Positions 10,760-23,225 of a stretch of DNA of 64,000 nt are shown piece by piece. Within the stretch, counting starts at the first letter, position 1. Each line of letters begins with the position of its first letter. The translations under genes were made by a program, and so were the position numbers. The notes below the pieces were generated by a model. That model saw only the letters and a program-made list of their open reading frames with translations. It ran no database searches and was not told the origin of the DNA. The stretch comes from Emiliania huxleyi CCMP1516 (taxonomy: Eukaryota), in the NCBI RefSeq assembly GCF_000372725.1, contig NW_005202428.1, forward strand, positions 462,679 to 526,678, given 5' to 3'.

Positions 10760-12617
10760 GCTGGAGGGTTGGGGGGGGGGGGGGGGCTGGGGTGGTAACC
10801 CGCCAAAGGAACGGATCTGCCCTCAGCGAGAGCATCCCCAATTCGGGCGCGGGTCAATCGCTCTTTTGGGGCGAAGAAATTTGCCCATCCAAATTGCCGG
10901 AAAACCCGGGCGGGGGGGGGGGGCAGCCTTTTCCAGGAAGGGGAAAAGCNNNNNNNNNNNNNNNNNNNNNNNNNNNNNNNNNNNNNNNNNNNNNNNNNNN
11001 NNNNNNNNNNNNNNNNNNNNNNNNNNNNNNNNNNNNNNNNNNNNNNNNNAGGCGAGCATTGCAGGAGGGGAGGGCAGGGGGCGGGGGGGGGGAGGGGGGG
11101 GGGGCCAAGATGCGGCCGAAGATGATCTTACAAGATGTTGACCTCATTGAGAGAGATTTTTGACCGCGAACAAGAAATCACGCTTCACAGTGATTTGGGC
11201 TCGGCAGCTAGCTTGTTAGCCCTCAGCCCACCACCGCCACAGCCGAAGCTGGGGCCGGTCCCGTAGCCGAGAGAGCCCGCGCCGATGAGTTCGACGCGGT
11301 CGGGGGGCCTTGCGGAGAGGCCAGCGAGGTGGCGATCGCTGTACTTCATGGGGGTCATCAAGTGACCGCGACTGACAAGCCAGAGGTCGATACTCTGGAC
11401 GACCCATAGGATGCCACGAATGCCTGAAGGAGAGGGAGGCGAGGCCAGAGGCAGGCTCAGCCGTGCTCTCGGGTGATCTCACTTTGGTGGCTGAAGGACC
11501 CGATGGTCCTGTCACATTCGTTCGTGGGGTCGCGGGGGTAGAAGAATTCGAGGTAGAAATGAGTCAGCACTTCCTTGTAGTACAGGACCGCCCGGCTCGC
11601 CGGCAGCATCCGCAGGGAGGCAGCTCATATGAGGCACCAGTCTTCTGGAGAGCTCAACAGCTGCGGCCGCGATGGTAGAGTCGGCCGCTGCGGGATCGAA
11701 TCGCGGAAGGCTCATGCCCTCGCGGAGCGACGCGGGTCGCGCGGCGCGCGCGTGTGCGAAATGCGACAACAGACGACAGATAACAGACGCCTGAGCGACG
11801 ACACTACTTTTGTCGCCGCAATCGCCACCGCCGCCATCTTGACGAGCAGCGCTTTTTATTTCGCGTGCCTCCGCTTTCACGCATGCCTCCGCTTTCAACG
11901 GACGACGCCATCACGGCACCTGCAGTCAACGGGTACGAGGAGGTGCTGGTCTCGGCGTCCGCACGACGCAAGGGGCCACGAATGGCCAAGGATGTTTGCT
12001 ACTGGCTCAACGTAAGAACATCTAATTTTTTATTTTTATGTGCTCGGTCCCCCAACGGAAGAGGCCTCGCTCCTATTGGAACAATCCAACATCAGATTTG
12101 CCTCGTGCGTCCCTTTTTGAGGCGGAAAGCTATTTTCTTTTGGTCCTGTGGGCACCCTATCATGCGCGGGGTGCTGGCACCCCTTTCATCTCTCGTGACT
12201 GCTGAGCTCAGTATGTGAAGAAAGGCTACCGCCCCGCTCGTACCTCGCGGGGCTATCGCTCATTCCGCGCGATACACACACTCCATTTCCCTCGGGGTTT
12301 CTTTTTGAGCAGCCTTGTTGAAGAAACGCAAGGACACACATGACACATCGCTCTCGGTCCCCTACACATCCCGCCGCGGCGAATTATTCTTTATTTCGAG
12401 CGCGACCCGGGAAGGAGGCTTGGGGTCAGTTGTCGGAGGAGGCGAGAGCCCGATGGCGTGGTGCCCGCCCTCGCCACGTCCACCCACCTCCCCGCCCGCG
12501 GGGCCGCTCCGGGGCGACCCGGGCGCCCTCCGACCACACTGCCACACTACTATCCTTCAACAGTATACCGAGTACTAAAGTACCGTACAAGACACAGTAC
12601 ATTTACCATTTTTCGAA

Positions 12618-13847
12618 CTACCTTGTCGAGAGAGCCGGAACGTCTGCAGGAAGGTGGACGGACGGCTCTTCACGGCCTGCGATCGGTATCGGTGCGATCG
12701 GTGTGCCCACGGGGCATCGAAACTTCCCACGGCAGCCACGCGTCCAGATTCGCGTGGGCTCGCCAGGGTAGCAGCCGTAGCTGACTCCATACGCGCATGG
12801 TGACCTGCTGCGCTGCTCTACGAGCGACACGGCGCACTCATCGGTGCCATCCAACTGCACACCGCAGTCACAAGAGTAGTTTGTCCGCCCCGCCGGATAC
12901 CCGCAGAAGATTTCCTCGCCCGGCGAGCCCACGGGCGGGTAGAGTGGGCAAGGCGCATCCGCGGGATACATCGAAGGCACGTACAGCCTAGGCCTGATGT
13001 GCGGCTTGCGATCCACTGGGAACCAGTTGACATTAAGGAAGCTCATCTCGTATGCGGTCCCCAAGGCCGAAACGGGCTCGAGTGTCTGGACGAAGAAGCC
13101 AGCTCGCTCGAGCGGACGGATAGATCCAAGGAAGGCGGGCAGCCGCATGGCGCTTCTCATGAACAGGTGCACTTCGAGGAGTATCTGGCCGACGGCCGAC
13201 GCATGCCTGTGCCACGGCTCGCTCGTAAAGAACGAGTACTCCTCGCCCTCCACGTCAGCTTTGAGTATGTCGACGTGCGTGTGGTTGAGCGTGCGCATGA
13301 TGCTGCTGAGGGTGTCGCACTTCATCGTCGATCCGCCGTTTGCTTTCGTCCGCTCACTGCACAAGCCCATCTCGTGGAAAGAGTACCCCTTCTCGCGGAA
13401 GCGTGGCGGCGGCTTTGAAGTCGGGTCAAAGATGTGGATCTCGCATGCGGGGTTTGTGCGGCGCACTCCATCCTCGAATGCGGAGTCGGCATTCGAGCCG
13501 AATGAATACACGACGCACGGTCGTCCACTCTGCCGCATCTCGCTGACGCCGCATGTCCACTTGCCCCCATCGAAGTTGAACTCAGAGACGAAATTGGTGC
13601 GCTCAAGCGTCCACGGGCAGTCGTACACGGGAGCGAGCAGCGACATCACGGCACCGTCCTTCAAAGGCCTCTCCTGGAAGCGCGGCGTGCCGCCCAAGTT
13701 CCACGAGCTCGTGTCCGTATTGGTGGTGCAGAGGTAAGCGTTTCTGGCTTTGATGCGTGTCAGCGCATTCCGAAGAGGTGTCAGGCGGTGGACCTCCGAG
13801 GGCGCTGCAGACGCCCCGCTGGAGCTGAGCAGCAGCAGCAACGACAT
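12618..13847 (-). CDS. Signal-peptide-bearing SAM methyltransferase (Methyltransf_22/METTL24-like) with C-terminal Cys-rich DUF3011/lectin-like domain
   Basis: DGGKWTCG, CVVYSFGSN..FE, CEIHIFDPT, TLSSIMRTLNHTHVDILKADVEGEEY and QILLEVH motifs; tail VSLVEQRSRSPCAYGVSYGC..IWTRGCRGKFRC. Confidence 0.8.
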   Translation of the reverse strand: MSLLLLLSSSGASAAPSEVHRLTPLRNALTRIKARNAYLCTTNTDTSSWNLGGTPRFQERPLKDGAVMSLLAPVYDCPWTLERTNFVSEFNFDGGKWTCGVSEMRQSGRPCVVYSFGSNADSAFEDGVRRTNPACEIHIFDPTSKPPPRFREKGYSFHEMGLCSERTKANGGSTMKCDTLSSIMRTLNHTHVDILKADVEGEEYSFFTSEPWHRHASAVGQILLEVHLFMRSAMRLPAFLGSIRPLERAGFFVQTLEPVSALGTAYEMSFLNVNWFPVDRKPHIRPRLYVPSMYPADAPCPLYPPVGSPGEEIFCGYPAGRTNYSCDCGVQLDGTDECAVSLVEQRSRSPCAYGVSYGCYPGEPTRIWTRGCRGKFRCPVGTPIAPIPIAGREEPSVHLPADVPALSTR

Positions 13848-14408
13848 GCCATGGGGATGTCTTTGCCCTCTTCGACACAGGCACAATCACTTTGGCCCCG
13901 ACCCCGCCCCCACCCCTCGGGGTGGGGGCACCCGCCCCGGTCGGGCACCGCTTGCGGCGCCTGGCAGGGGCACCCCCTGGGTGGGGTCCGGCGATTCCCA
14001 TGCCGGCTCTCCGCCACAACCCCCGCCGGGAGGGAATCCCTGCTCACAGAAAAGGGCTCCGAGCCCTGTCTCGCGCACGCCCCTGGCGGGCGCCGCGGAC
14101 CAGTTCCGCGAGCGCTCGTCAGCGGGTGGTGTGCGGTTCTTGCCGTAGTCCCTCTTCGGTCGCCTAGCCCCGGCGCCGTCTGTCGGACGCCTGCGTGTCA
14201 CGAGTGCGAGCCGCTCGCGGCTCGTACGCCCGCTTGCGGGTTCGAGTGGCGGGCCATCCCGCTTGCGGGATGGCTTAGCGGGTACGAGCCGTCACACATT
14301 GGCTGCCGGGGTGTGCCGAGGGGGGGCTGGGTGGGCGGTAAGCCGTCATTGCCCGGCGCTGCTTGCAGCGCTCTGGGTGGTAGTGGCGGCGCTCCAAGAG
14401 TGGTGCTC

Positions 14409-15077
<669 letters not shown>

Positions 15078-15887
15078 AAAATTAGATATTCTTACCTTCT
15101 TGCCCCCCTCCGAGACTGGAGACAGTCACACCCCAGTATCAGACTAGGGGGAGTGCCCCCCGCCCCCGCTTGCCCTGACTGCACAGGATAGCGTGCCCCA
15201 ATTGGCGACACATAGCGGGAGATACTGCGCAAGGAGGGGGTGCGTCGCCTTTATTTGTCCTCTCGAGGGAATGTTCTTCTCGACGCCCCTGGCCTTCTGA
15301 GGTTTCGTACTAATGACGTCCTTCTGGCGTAGCTTGGCCCCTTGCCGGCACCCAGCGTAGAGGGCCGCGTGTAGCCCTCCTTTTGGTATAAATAAAAGAA
15401 GAGATGTGCCTTTACAGTCACGGCCACCCCCGAGCGAGGCCCAGCCGGCGAGGCCACCCGCATCTCCGCCGATTGAAATATCTGTTTGGGGTGGAGGCCA
15501 TCGAATTCATGGGCAAGAGTCTTGCGGTCCCGGAGGACGGTCCGGTCAACCGCCCACGACCTACCGCTTGTCTCGGTACGGTCTAACAGGTAGCGAATGC
15601 TGAATCCGAACCTGCTCAGCCCGTGGACCTGGGCCGCATACGAGGAGAGAGCGCACAGAGATCCAAACCCACACGCCCCTCCGTTGTGACATTACATGCT
15701 AACAACTTGCGTAGAGGTGGGGGGGGGGGGGGTGGGGGGGGTGGGGGGGTTGGGTTTTGTGTCATTTTGGGGACGCGACGGTGGGTGCCGAAGCGGGCGG
15801 GCCCAGGGGCTCGCTGTTATGTTATGGTGTTGTTGTTGTTGTTGTTGTGTTATGTTATGTTGCGCGCGGAGGGGACACTACCACAAC

Positions 15888-17448
15888 ATGGCATGGCGCA
15901 CGGCAGTGCTGGCATTGATGTTGGCCTTGGCTGACACGATCACCCGTGATGATGCGTTGCAAGGAAGCCAGCACAGTCGAGGAAGCAAGCTTGTGGGAAG
16001 TCGAGCCAACCGGCGCCAAGCCACCCTGCATCAAGCCACCCTGCGTCAAACTACCCAGCGTCTGGGAGCCACCAAGCATCAGCCTCGAGCCAGCAGGCAG
16101 CCTCGAGCAAACAGTTCTCGATTATATCCCAGATCGCCAATCAGCGCACCTGAGCCCTTGAAGCCTCAGACACCACCGGGCTGCAGCAGCTGCACTGCAG
16201 TCGTACCTGGGGGTCATCTCGGCGAGCATTACCTCAGCCCATTTGGGCGCGACTGGTGCAAGATTCCGACGATGCAACGGGACTGTCTTCAGGGCGTGAC
16301 GCCATACAGTGAATGGGCCGGATACAGCTACATGCATGGCGAGAAGCCAAGGCCATCGGTGGCCTTGCAGGCTTCTGCAGGGCAGCGGCAAGTGTACACG
16401 CTCACAGAACCGGAGCAATGCACGCCCAACCCAGAGGCGGCCGCAGCATTTGACCATGTGTACACGACTGGCAAATGGACACGCCTACGCACGGGGCTCT
16501 TTCCGATCGAACACTACTATACTTACGGCCGGGGCGAGCGCTTCATGGGCAACGGTGCGGACTTGCGCACCGGGCGTGACTCCATGTCTGGCGTGGGTTC
16601 CAAGATTGGCTTCCAGACTCACAATTCGCTGCTGCTTCTTGCAAAGCTGATTCGAGCGCAGAACATCACTACGATGCTCGATGTCCCGTGCGGGGACGCG
16701 AATTGGATCTTCGAGGCGCGCGAGACTGATGCGCTTGAGATGTACGTCGGCATCGACCTCGCCGCGTCAGTGCTCGACGAGCGCGGCAACGGCTACCTCG
16801 CCGACGTGGGCCTCGCGCGCGCGGCAGAGGCGACGGCCGGCGGCAGCGGGCAAGTCTCGCACCTGTCGACGCAACGCCTCTTCGGCAAGCTTGGGTACAT
16901 GGACCCGATCATCTCGCAGAGCGGGCAGGCGTCGCAGCTGACCGACGGTTTTGCGCTCTCGGCATCACGCTGCTCGTCGCCCTGACCGGCCGCGCCGCCG
17001 TCGGCCTCCTCGACGAGTGCTAGCTGCCCTGGAGGAGCCCGACACGGCGGAGGGCATCGCGGCGGCCGACGCGGGCTGGTCGGCGGCGCAGGCCGAGGAG
17101 CTGACGCGGCTCGTGGTCGGGCTGGCGTACGAGAGGAAACCGAAGCGGATGCCGCTCGCGGATGCACTGCCGCGGCTGGAGGCGCTGGTCGAGGCGGCGA
17201 GGGTGGTGGAGGAGACGGCAGCAGCGGAGGAGCGCCAGTGTGACCTCTGCTGGGACGCGCCGCGCTCCGTCCGCTTCGCGTGCGGCCACGCGCTGTACTG
17301 TGAGGATTGCGCGCTGCGCGTGCTGGAGCGCGACACCAAAAGTGCCCGACCTGCCGCCAGCCTGCGCTGCCCATCGCTGCCGCTGGAGCGCACGTGGCGG
17401 TGCAGACGACGTTTGTCTACCAGCAGCAGGCTCCTGCGGATGCAGTAG
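15888..17448 (+). pseudogene. Chimeric, frameshifted gene: secreted class I methyltransferase N-part fused to a protein kinase C-lobe and a RING finger
   Basis: MAWRTAVLALMLALA; FDHVY..W..SGVGS..MLDVPCGDANW..YVGIDL, then abruptly VLDERGNGYLADVGLAR..FGKLGYMDP..DGFAL (kinase subdomains VII-IX); frameshift near 16957, stop near 17020; CDLCWDAPRSVRFACGHALYCEDC..CPTCRQP with a further frameshift. Confidence 0.7.
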
Positions 17449-17708
17449 TGCATCCGCAGCCAGCGAACGCGGCAGCGGCGGTCGGTCCGCGTCGCGGACG
17501 GGGCGGACGCGGCGGGAGGGGTGGGCGTGGGTGGCGCGGCAGCTCTGGGCAGAGAGCTTGAACGACGAGAACCACGCGCATGCACACACGGTTTACGTAC
17601 GGCTTTAAGGTGTACCCGAAACGCGAAAGCTAAACCGGTCCTAAACTCCTCTATAGAGAGAAGAGAGAGCGCAGAGCGGCCGTAAACCGCCGTACTCACA
17701 CGCCCGAA

Positions 17709-20700
17709 TCACGAGAGTGCTAGTGAGGCGGGGGTGTCGCGCGTGTGCCCCCCGCGTGCTAGTGAGGCGGGGGTGTCGCGCGTGTGCCCCCCGCGTGCTA
17801 GTGAGGCGGGGGTGTCGCGCGTGTGCCCCCCGCGCGCTGTAGCGTGTAGCTTGTGCCAACGGGTCCGCTGGGGTCTGTTGGGGCGCCTCAGACCGCCGCT
17901 GCCGCCGCTAGGAAATTTTCCTGCATCCTGGAGCGGCTGGGCGAGAACTGACCGCCCCTCGAAAAAGCCGACGTCCAGCGCGAGCCACGCGATCAGTTCG
18001 ACAAAGATCGCGTCGGCCCAGCCGAAGAGCCTGCGCGTGAACACTGCCGTGTCGCGACCCGCCGCGGTGGCGCGACCGCCGCCGCGGCTCTGTTTGCTGC
18101 GCGAGCGCTTCATAACGAGGCTGTACGACTCGACCATGCGCCCGTCGGGCGTCGTGTTCGCGACGCGCTCCAGCATGCGGAGCAGCCCTCGAACCTCCTC
18201 GCGCCCTTGCCTAGGAAAGGTCGAGGAAAGGTCGAGGAAAGGTCGAGGAAAGGTCGAGCCCTCCTCGCGCCCTTGCCGGCTGCGCGGCTGCTCGACGGTG
18301 CGGGCCTGCACGATGAGGGACATCGGCCAGAGCTTGCCCGGGCCCGTGTGCAGAGAGCCGACGCCGCTCAGCGCCGGCTCGCCGCGGCTGCGCAAAGGCT
18401 CTGCGCGCACCATATCGGACGTCGGGGAGGCGGCCAGCAAGGACGAGACGGCTGGGCGAGGGCGGGCGAGGGCGGGCGCGGCGGGCGCGGCGGGTTTCGG
18501 CGGGCGCGGCGGGTTTCGGCGGGCGCCCCGGCGGCGGCGGGCGCGGCACACCCTCGAAGAAGCACGGGTTGCCTGTCGTCGCGTTGTACGCCTCGCTCGC
18601 GTTGACCACCGGCGGCGCGCGCAACGGGTCGAACCCTGCCTGGCAGCGGTGCGCGGAAGGGTCCAGGAAAGGTCCAGGAAAGGTCCAGGAAAGGTCCAGG
18701 GAAGGTCTAAGGGAAGGTCTCTAGGAAGGGTCCAGGAAAGGTCCAGGAAAGGAAAGGTCTAGGACGGGTCTAGGAAAGGTCTAGGAAGGGTCTAGGAAAG
18801 GTCTAGGAAGGGTCTAGGAAAGGACTACGGAACGGTCTTCAGCCTGCCTGGCAGCGGTGCGCGAGCGACGCGGAGGCAGTCAGCGCGAGCCGACGCGTCG
18901 CGCGGTAGGTCGGGTCGGAGGGCGGCGCGAAGCCGATCAGAGGGATGGAGAGCAGCGACGGCGCGTTGGCGTCGTCCATGAGCACGTGCCTAGGAAAGGT
19001 CCAGGAAAGGTCTCGGAAAGGTCCAGGAAAGGGANNNNNNNNNNNNNNNNNNNNNNNNNNNNNNNNNNNNNNNNNNNNNNNNNNNNNNNNNNNNNNNNNN
19101 NNNNNNNNNNNNNNNNNNNNNNNNNNNNNNNNNNGAGCCCAAAAGTTAGCCAAGAGCTCCCCGTCATGATTAAAGACAGCGTAATTATTTTCTCTGTTAT
19201 TGCTTTTTTCTTCGTTCGGGGGGGGGGGCGAGGACTGGGCGCCAGGACGGTGCGGGCGAGGGCTGCAGAGCTGTGGCGGCGGCCAGAGGCAGGTGGCTGT
19301 GTGCGAAAGGTCTGGGAAAGGTCGTGGACAGGTCTAGGAAAGGTCCAGGCGGCCATTGGCGGGTGGCCGTGTCGGGCGGCGGCGCTGTCGCTCACCCGCC
19401 GCGACCAGTCGTCGCGCGTCTCGCCGCCGCCCAGCTCCAGCCCCTCGGCTAGCATGGAGCGCAGCCGCGCGAGCTGGACGGCGATCAGCATGTTGGACGG
19501 CACGACGTATCTAGGTCCAGGAGAGGTCAGGGACAGGTCCAGGACAGGTCTAGGAGAGGTCCAGGAAAGGTCTAGATCAGCATGCTCGACGGCACGTACC
19601 CAAGCGCAGGCGAGTCGTCTCCGGGCGTGAAGCCCGACCAGATGAGCCCAACGCCGCCGCGCACGCGCGTGCCGCGCCCCTCCCGCGAGAGCTCCGGGAA
19701 CGACTGCGAGACGCCGGCCACGCCGGGGTACTCGTGCATGGAGAGCGTCTGCCGGCAGCGCAGCGCGCGTGCGGAGTGGGGCACGGGGCAGGGCAGTGCG
19801 GCCGGCGCGGCGGCGCGAGTGGTCGGAGGGCCGCAGGGCAGGAGGGCGCAAAGGGCGCGCATGGGAGGGGCGCGCGGCGCCTCGTGCTGCTGCTCGACAG
19901 CCATCAGCGCGAGCAGCCGGCGCACCACGCGCCGCCAGTCCGCGTCGAACGTGGCGCTGCGCACGCTCTCGGCGCCAGACGACCTCGCCCAGACCTCGCC
20001 CGAGAGCTCGAGGTAGGCGCCTAGTCTCGGGTAAACCTCGGGTAAACCTCGGGTATTCTCGGGTTACTCTCGCTAGAGAGCTCGAGGTAGGCGCCGATCG
20101 AGTCGAGCTCGAACTGCGAGCCTAGTCTCGGGGAATCTCGGGTCAGCCTCAGGAAATCTCGGGAGATCTGATCGAGTCGAGCTCGAACTGCGAGCCTGGG
20201 TTCCAGCCCGTCTTGCCAAAGGTGATGTCGGGCCACGACTGGCCGGCGCCGGCGCTGAAGGCCTGCCTGCAGTTGTTGGCGTATATGGAGACGGAAAGGC
20301 ACAGCGTGTGCGCGCGCAGCAGAGCGGCAGCGAGCTCGAGCGTAGGGCGGTGAGTCGCGTTTAGCCCGCCGTGGCGCTGGGCGCCGGCGCCGGGCTCGGC
20401 GCGCGAGTGTCGTAGGTAGGGCAGCAGCTGCGCCGTCGAGTCGCGCAGCCACATCTGCGGGATGTCGCCCGTCGAGATGAAGGCGAGCGTCGGACGCCGT
20501 CCAGACTGCAGCTCGCCGCGGCGGACGCTGATCAGCGGCTCGAGCGTGTCGAAGCAGCGACGGTAGATGGCGGCGAGCGCTGGGTCCGAGCGCTCGACGC
20601 GGAGCGCCACCTGCTCCCGGAGGCGTTTGTCCAGCTTCGGCCTCTGTGGTTCTGAGCCAGCGAGGCTCTTGATGAGGGCTGCGGCCTTCTTTGCGGCTCG

Positions 20701-20847
20701 GCGAGGCAGCGCCGCGCGCCATGCGGCGCGGTCGTTGGGCAGTGCCGCCAACGCGTGCTTGCGCTCCGGAAGTGAGGCGCGGGCCAACGGCATCGGCGAT
20801 TGTGGGGCGGGGTGAAATCGGCTCGCGCCGAGCGCTGCTGTCGCCAT
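17709..20847 (-). CDS. Glycoside hydrolase family 125 (exo-alpha-1,6-mannosidase-like), multi-exon, one gap
   Basis: FISTGDIPQMWLRDSTAQLLPYL, FELDS, GLIWSGFTPGDD..GYVVPSNM, MDDANAPSLLSIP, NPCFFEG, GVGSLHT..WPMSLIVQA and FTRRLFGWADAIFVELI motifs. Start codon uncertain. Confidence 0.85.
17717..17833. repeat. 39 bp tandem repeat x3 with internal GC hairpin and CTAG
   Basis: GTGCTAGTGAGGCGGGGGTGTCGCGCGTGTGCCCCCCGC x3. Confidence 0.95.
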
Positions 20848-20882
20848 CGTTGAACTTTGAACTTTGGTGATCGGCATCTGCG

Positions 20883-21340
20883 ATACTGTCCCGTTTTGCT
20901 GTTCTAGGGACGGCCTCTGCTCCAAAGTCAAACCACCCCACCTACCTACCTACCTCCCACAGGCAAACCTTCGGCTCCCGCTCAGAGGCTCGCCGCGCCC
21001 GTGCGGCGCGCCGAGGCGGCGCCGAGGCCGGCGCCTTGCACCCGGCCCGCGGCCGGCACCGCCTCGCCCCACAACTGACCGCCCTGCGGCCCCTGCGCAG
21101 GCGTACCACAGGCGTCGCTCAAAAAGCGACGCCGGGTGTGGGCTGCTCCCTTGACCCGTCACCCGCCGCGCCCTCGCCCGGCCGCCTCACCGCTCACGGA
21201 GCGTGCTCGCCGCCGCCGCCGCGCGTCCCGCGCCGCCACGCATGCCCCTTGCCCTGACGCGCGCGCTCTGCAGCGGCGCAGAGCGCGCGTCTCTGGCACA
21301 GACGGAGCAGCGGCCGCGCCAGCGGTCGCTGCTCCGCCCG
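20883..21340 (+). repeat. Dispersed GC-rich repeat (probable transposon end), copy 1
   Basis: Near-identical to 40634-41258; contains hairpin GGCGTCGC-TCAAAAA-GCGACGCC. Confidence 0.9.
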
Positions 21341-21877
21341 CCCGACAGACGCGCGGTGCGCGCGGTTGCACCGCGGNNNNNNNNNNNNNNNNNNNNNNNN
21401 NNNNNNNNNNNNNNNNNNNNNNNNNNNNNNNNNNNNNNNNNNNNNNNNNNNNNNNNNNNNNNNNNNNNNNNNNNNNGCGCAGCCGCGCTGCGCGCCCCCC
21501 CGCCCCCGCCCCCGCTCCCAAGCGCCCCTTCCCCGGTAGGTGTGCGGAGAAAGTAGAACCAATCGAGAGGTGGCAGAAGCCGCCGTGTGTGACACATATT
21601 GCGGCACGTGAGAGTGAGACAGAGCCCCGGCAGCGGCCAGCGCGCGCGCGCGCAGCGGCCAGCGCAACAGGCGGTTTCAAACAGCAAACGGGACGGCCTG
21701 CGCAGCCTCTAACTATTTTGGTTTATCAGTAACCAGCCTCCGGCGGGGCCCCCCGCTACCATCCAAACCCGAGTACCGGTCTACTATCATAGGTAGAGGC
21801 TCAAGTGTGACATATAAGTCCACACCCATATACACATGCACAAAGCAACTCTCACGGCACACGGGCACCGGGTGGAG

Positions 21878-22240
21878 CGGCGGCGGCGGCGGCAGCAGCA
21901 CGCGCGGGCGGACGGATTCGGACGGGGCGGAGCAGCGACCGCCTGGGCGGCCGCTCGTGCTCTGTCTGCCAGAGCGCGCCGTCTGCCTGCGCAGCTCGAG
22001 CGCGGTCAGGTGCGAGGACGCTGGCGGCGCGGGGAAACGCGGCGGCGGTGGCGGCGGCGGCGGCGGCGGCGGCAGCGGCACGCGCGGGCGGACGGATTCG
22101 GACGGGGCGGAGCAGCGACCGCCTGGGCGGCCGCTGCTCTGTCTGCCAGAGCGCGCCGTCTGTGCGCAGCTCGAGCGCGGTCAGGTGCACAGGGAAGCGT
22201 GGCGGCGCGGGGACGCGCGGCGGCGGTGGCGAGCAGGCGA
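21878..22240. repeat. ~180 bp tandem duplication, partly inverted relative to 21281-21340
   Basis: GGACGGATTCGGACGGGGCGGAGCAGCGACCGCCTGGGCGGCCGCT..CTCGAGCGCGGTCAGGTGC occurs twice. Confidence 0.85.
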
Positions 22241-22740
22241 GCGGCCCGCGCGCGGCGAGGCGGACAGGTGATCGGCAGGCGGGTGATGGGCCGGAGAGTG
22301 ACCGCGCCCAGCGATCGGAGCGAGCCGATCGTCGCTCGGCCGCAGCTGACCTCGAAGGCGTGCGGAGCGCGACTGTCGGTGTCGGGGGGCGGCCGTCATG
22401 TGGCGAGGAGGGAGGACGACAAGTGCGCGTCGTACGGGTCGCTCTTCATCGGCCAGTCGAGCGGCACTCAAGTCGAGACCGAGCATGGGCGACGAAAAGC
22501 CGGTGGGGCCGGTGGGAGGTAGGACGAGATTCGTTTCGCGCTTTCAAAAGCGGCTTCGCGCGCAGCGCAACTTTGGGTTTGCCACGAAAAAGCGTCCCCA
22601 GTGGAAATGGGGGCTACTGGGGCGGCCAATTCACACCTCGCGGGACTACTTATGTTTTCGTAAACGTAGTCGTGGCCCCCCGCTACGTCGCACGAGTGCA
22701 ACCGGGTAGCGGGGGGCTAAAAGAAAGAATCGTAGTCACC

Positions 22741-22806
22741 CTCGCACAACACTGGCACGGGACTGGCGCGCACTGGCACTAACACAGGTACACCACGGGA
22801 GCCGCC
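22741..22806 (-). mobile_element. Truncated 3' end of an RLE-type non-LTR retrotransposon family
   Basis: Reverse complement matches the segment at 40560-40616 that follows an RLE-like ORF relic. Confidence 0.6.
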
Positions 22807-22843
22807 GTAAAAGAAAGAACTTGAATCAGGATGTCTCTCGTCG

Positions 22844-23133
22844 TCTCTCTGCTCCTCGCTCGGCCGGGCGGCGGCTCGGGTGGTGCGGAGGCGCCGCCGC
22901 TGCGCGTGCGCGCGCACGAGGCGGCGCTGGAGCACGCCTGCTGTCGCCGCCACGGCCCGACGCCCGGGGCCGGACGTCGAGCCGGACAAACTTTTGGCGA
23001 GGACAGACCGAGCATCTTCACCGAGCCGACCCGCTCTCCTGCGACGAGCCGCGGGAGGGGGGCTCGTGTGATCCGGCCGGAGCGGCGGCGCGTGGCGCAC
23101 ACACGCCCCGCTCGCCCGCGGCCGCTGAGGCAT
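22844..23133 (-). repeat. ~300 bp dispersed repeat, copy 2
   Basis: Reverse complement of 3411-3709. Confidence 0.9.
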
Positions 23134-23225
23134 AGCACTATTACACGCCAGGAAAAGAATTCGCGATTTCATACAACCTCGCCCTGTTCGCCACTGGATC
23201 AACAAACCCCTCCGAGCAGCTTTCA

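Noticed and set aside
10760..11110. G-quadruplex-like G/C homopolymer tracts near gaps (also 8680-9040, 19135-19230, 55300-55370, 63090-63265)
   Set aside because: They look like low-quality read ends, mostly flanking N gaps, so the sequence is unreliable.
11170..11700. Possible degenerate minus-strand coding exons
   Set aside because: Stops interrupt the frames and no family was recognised.
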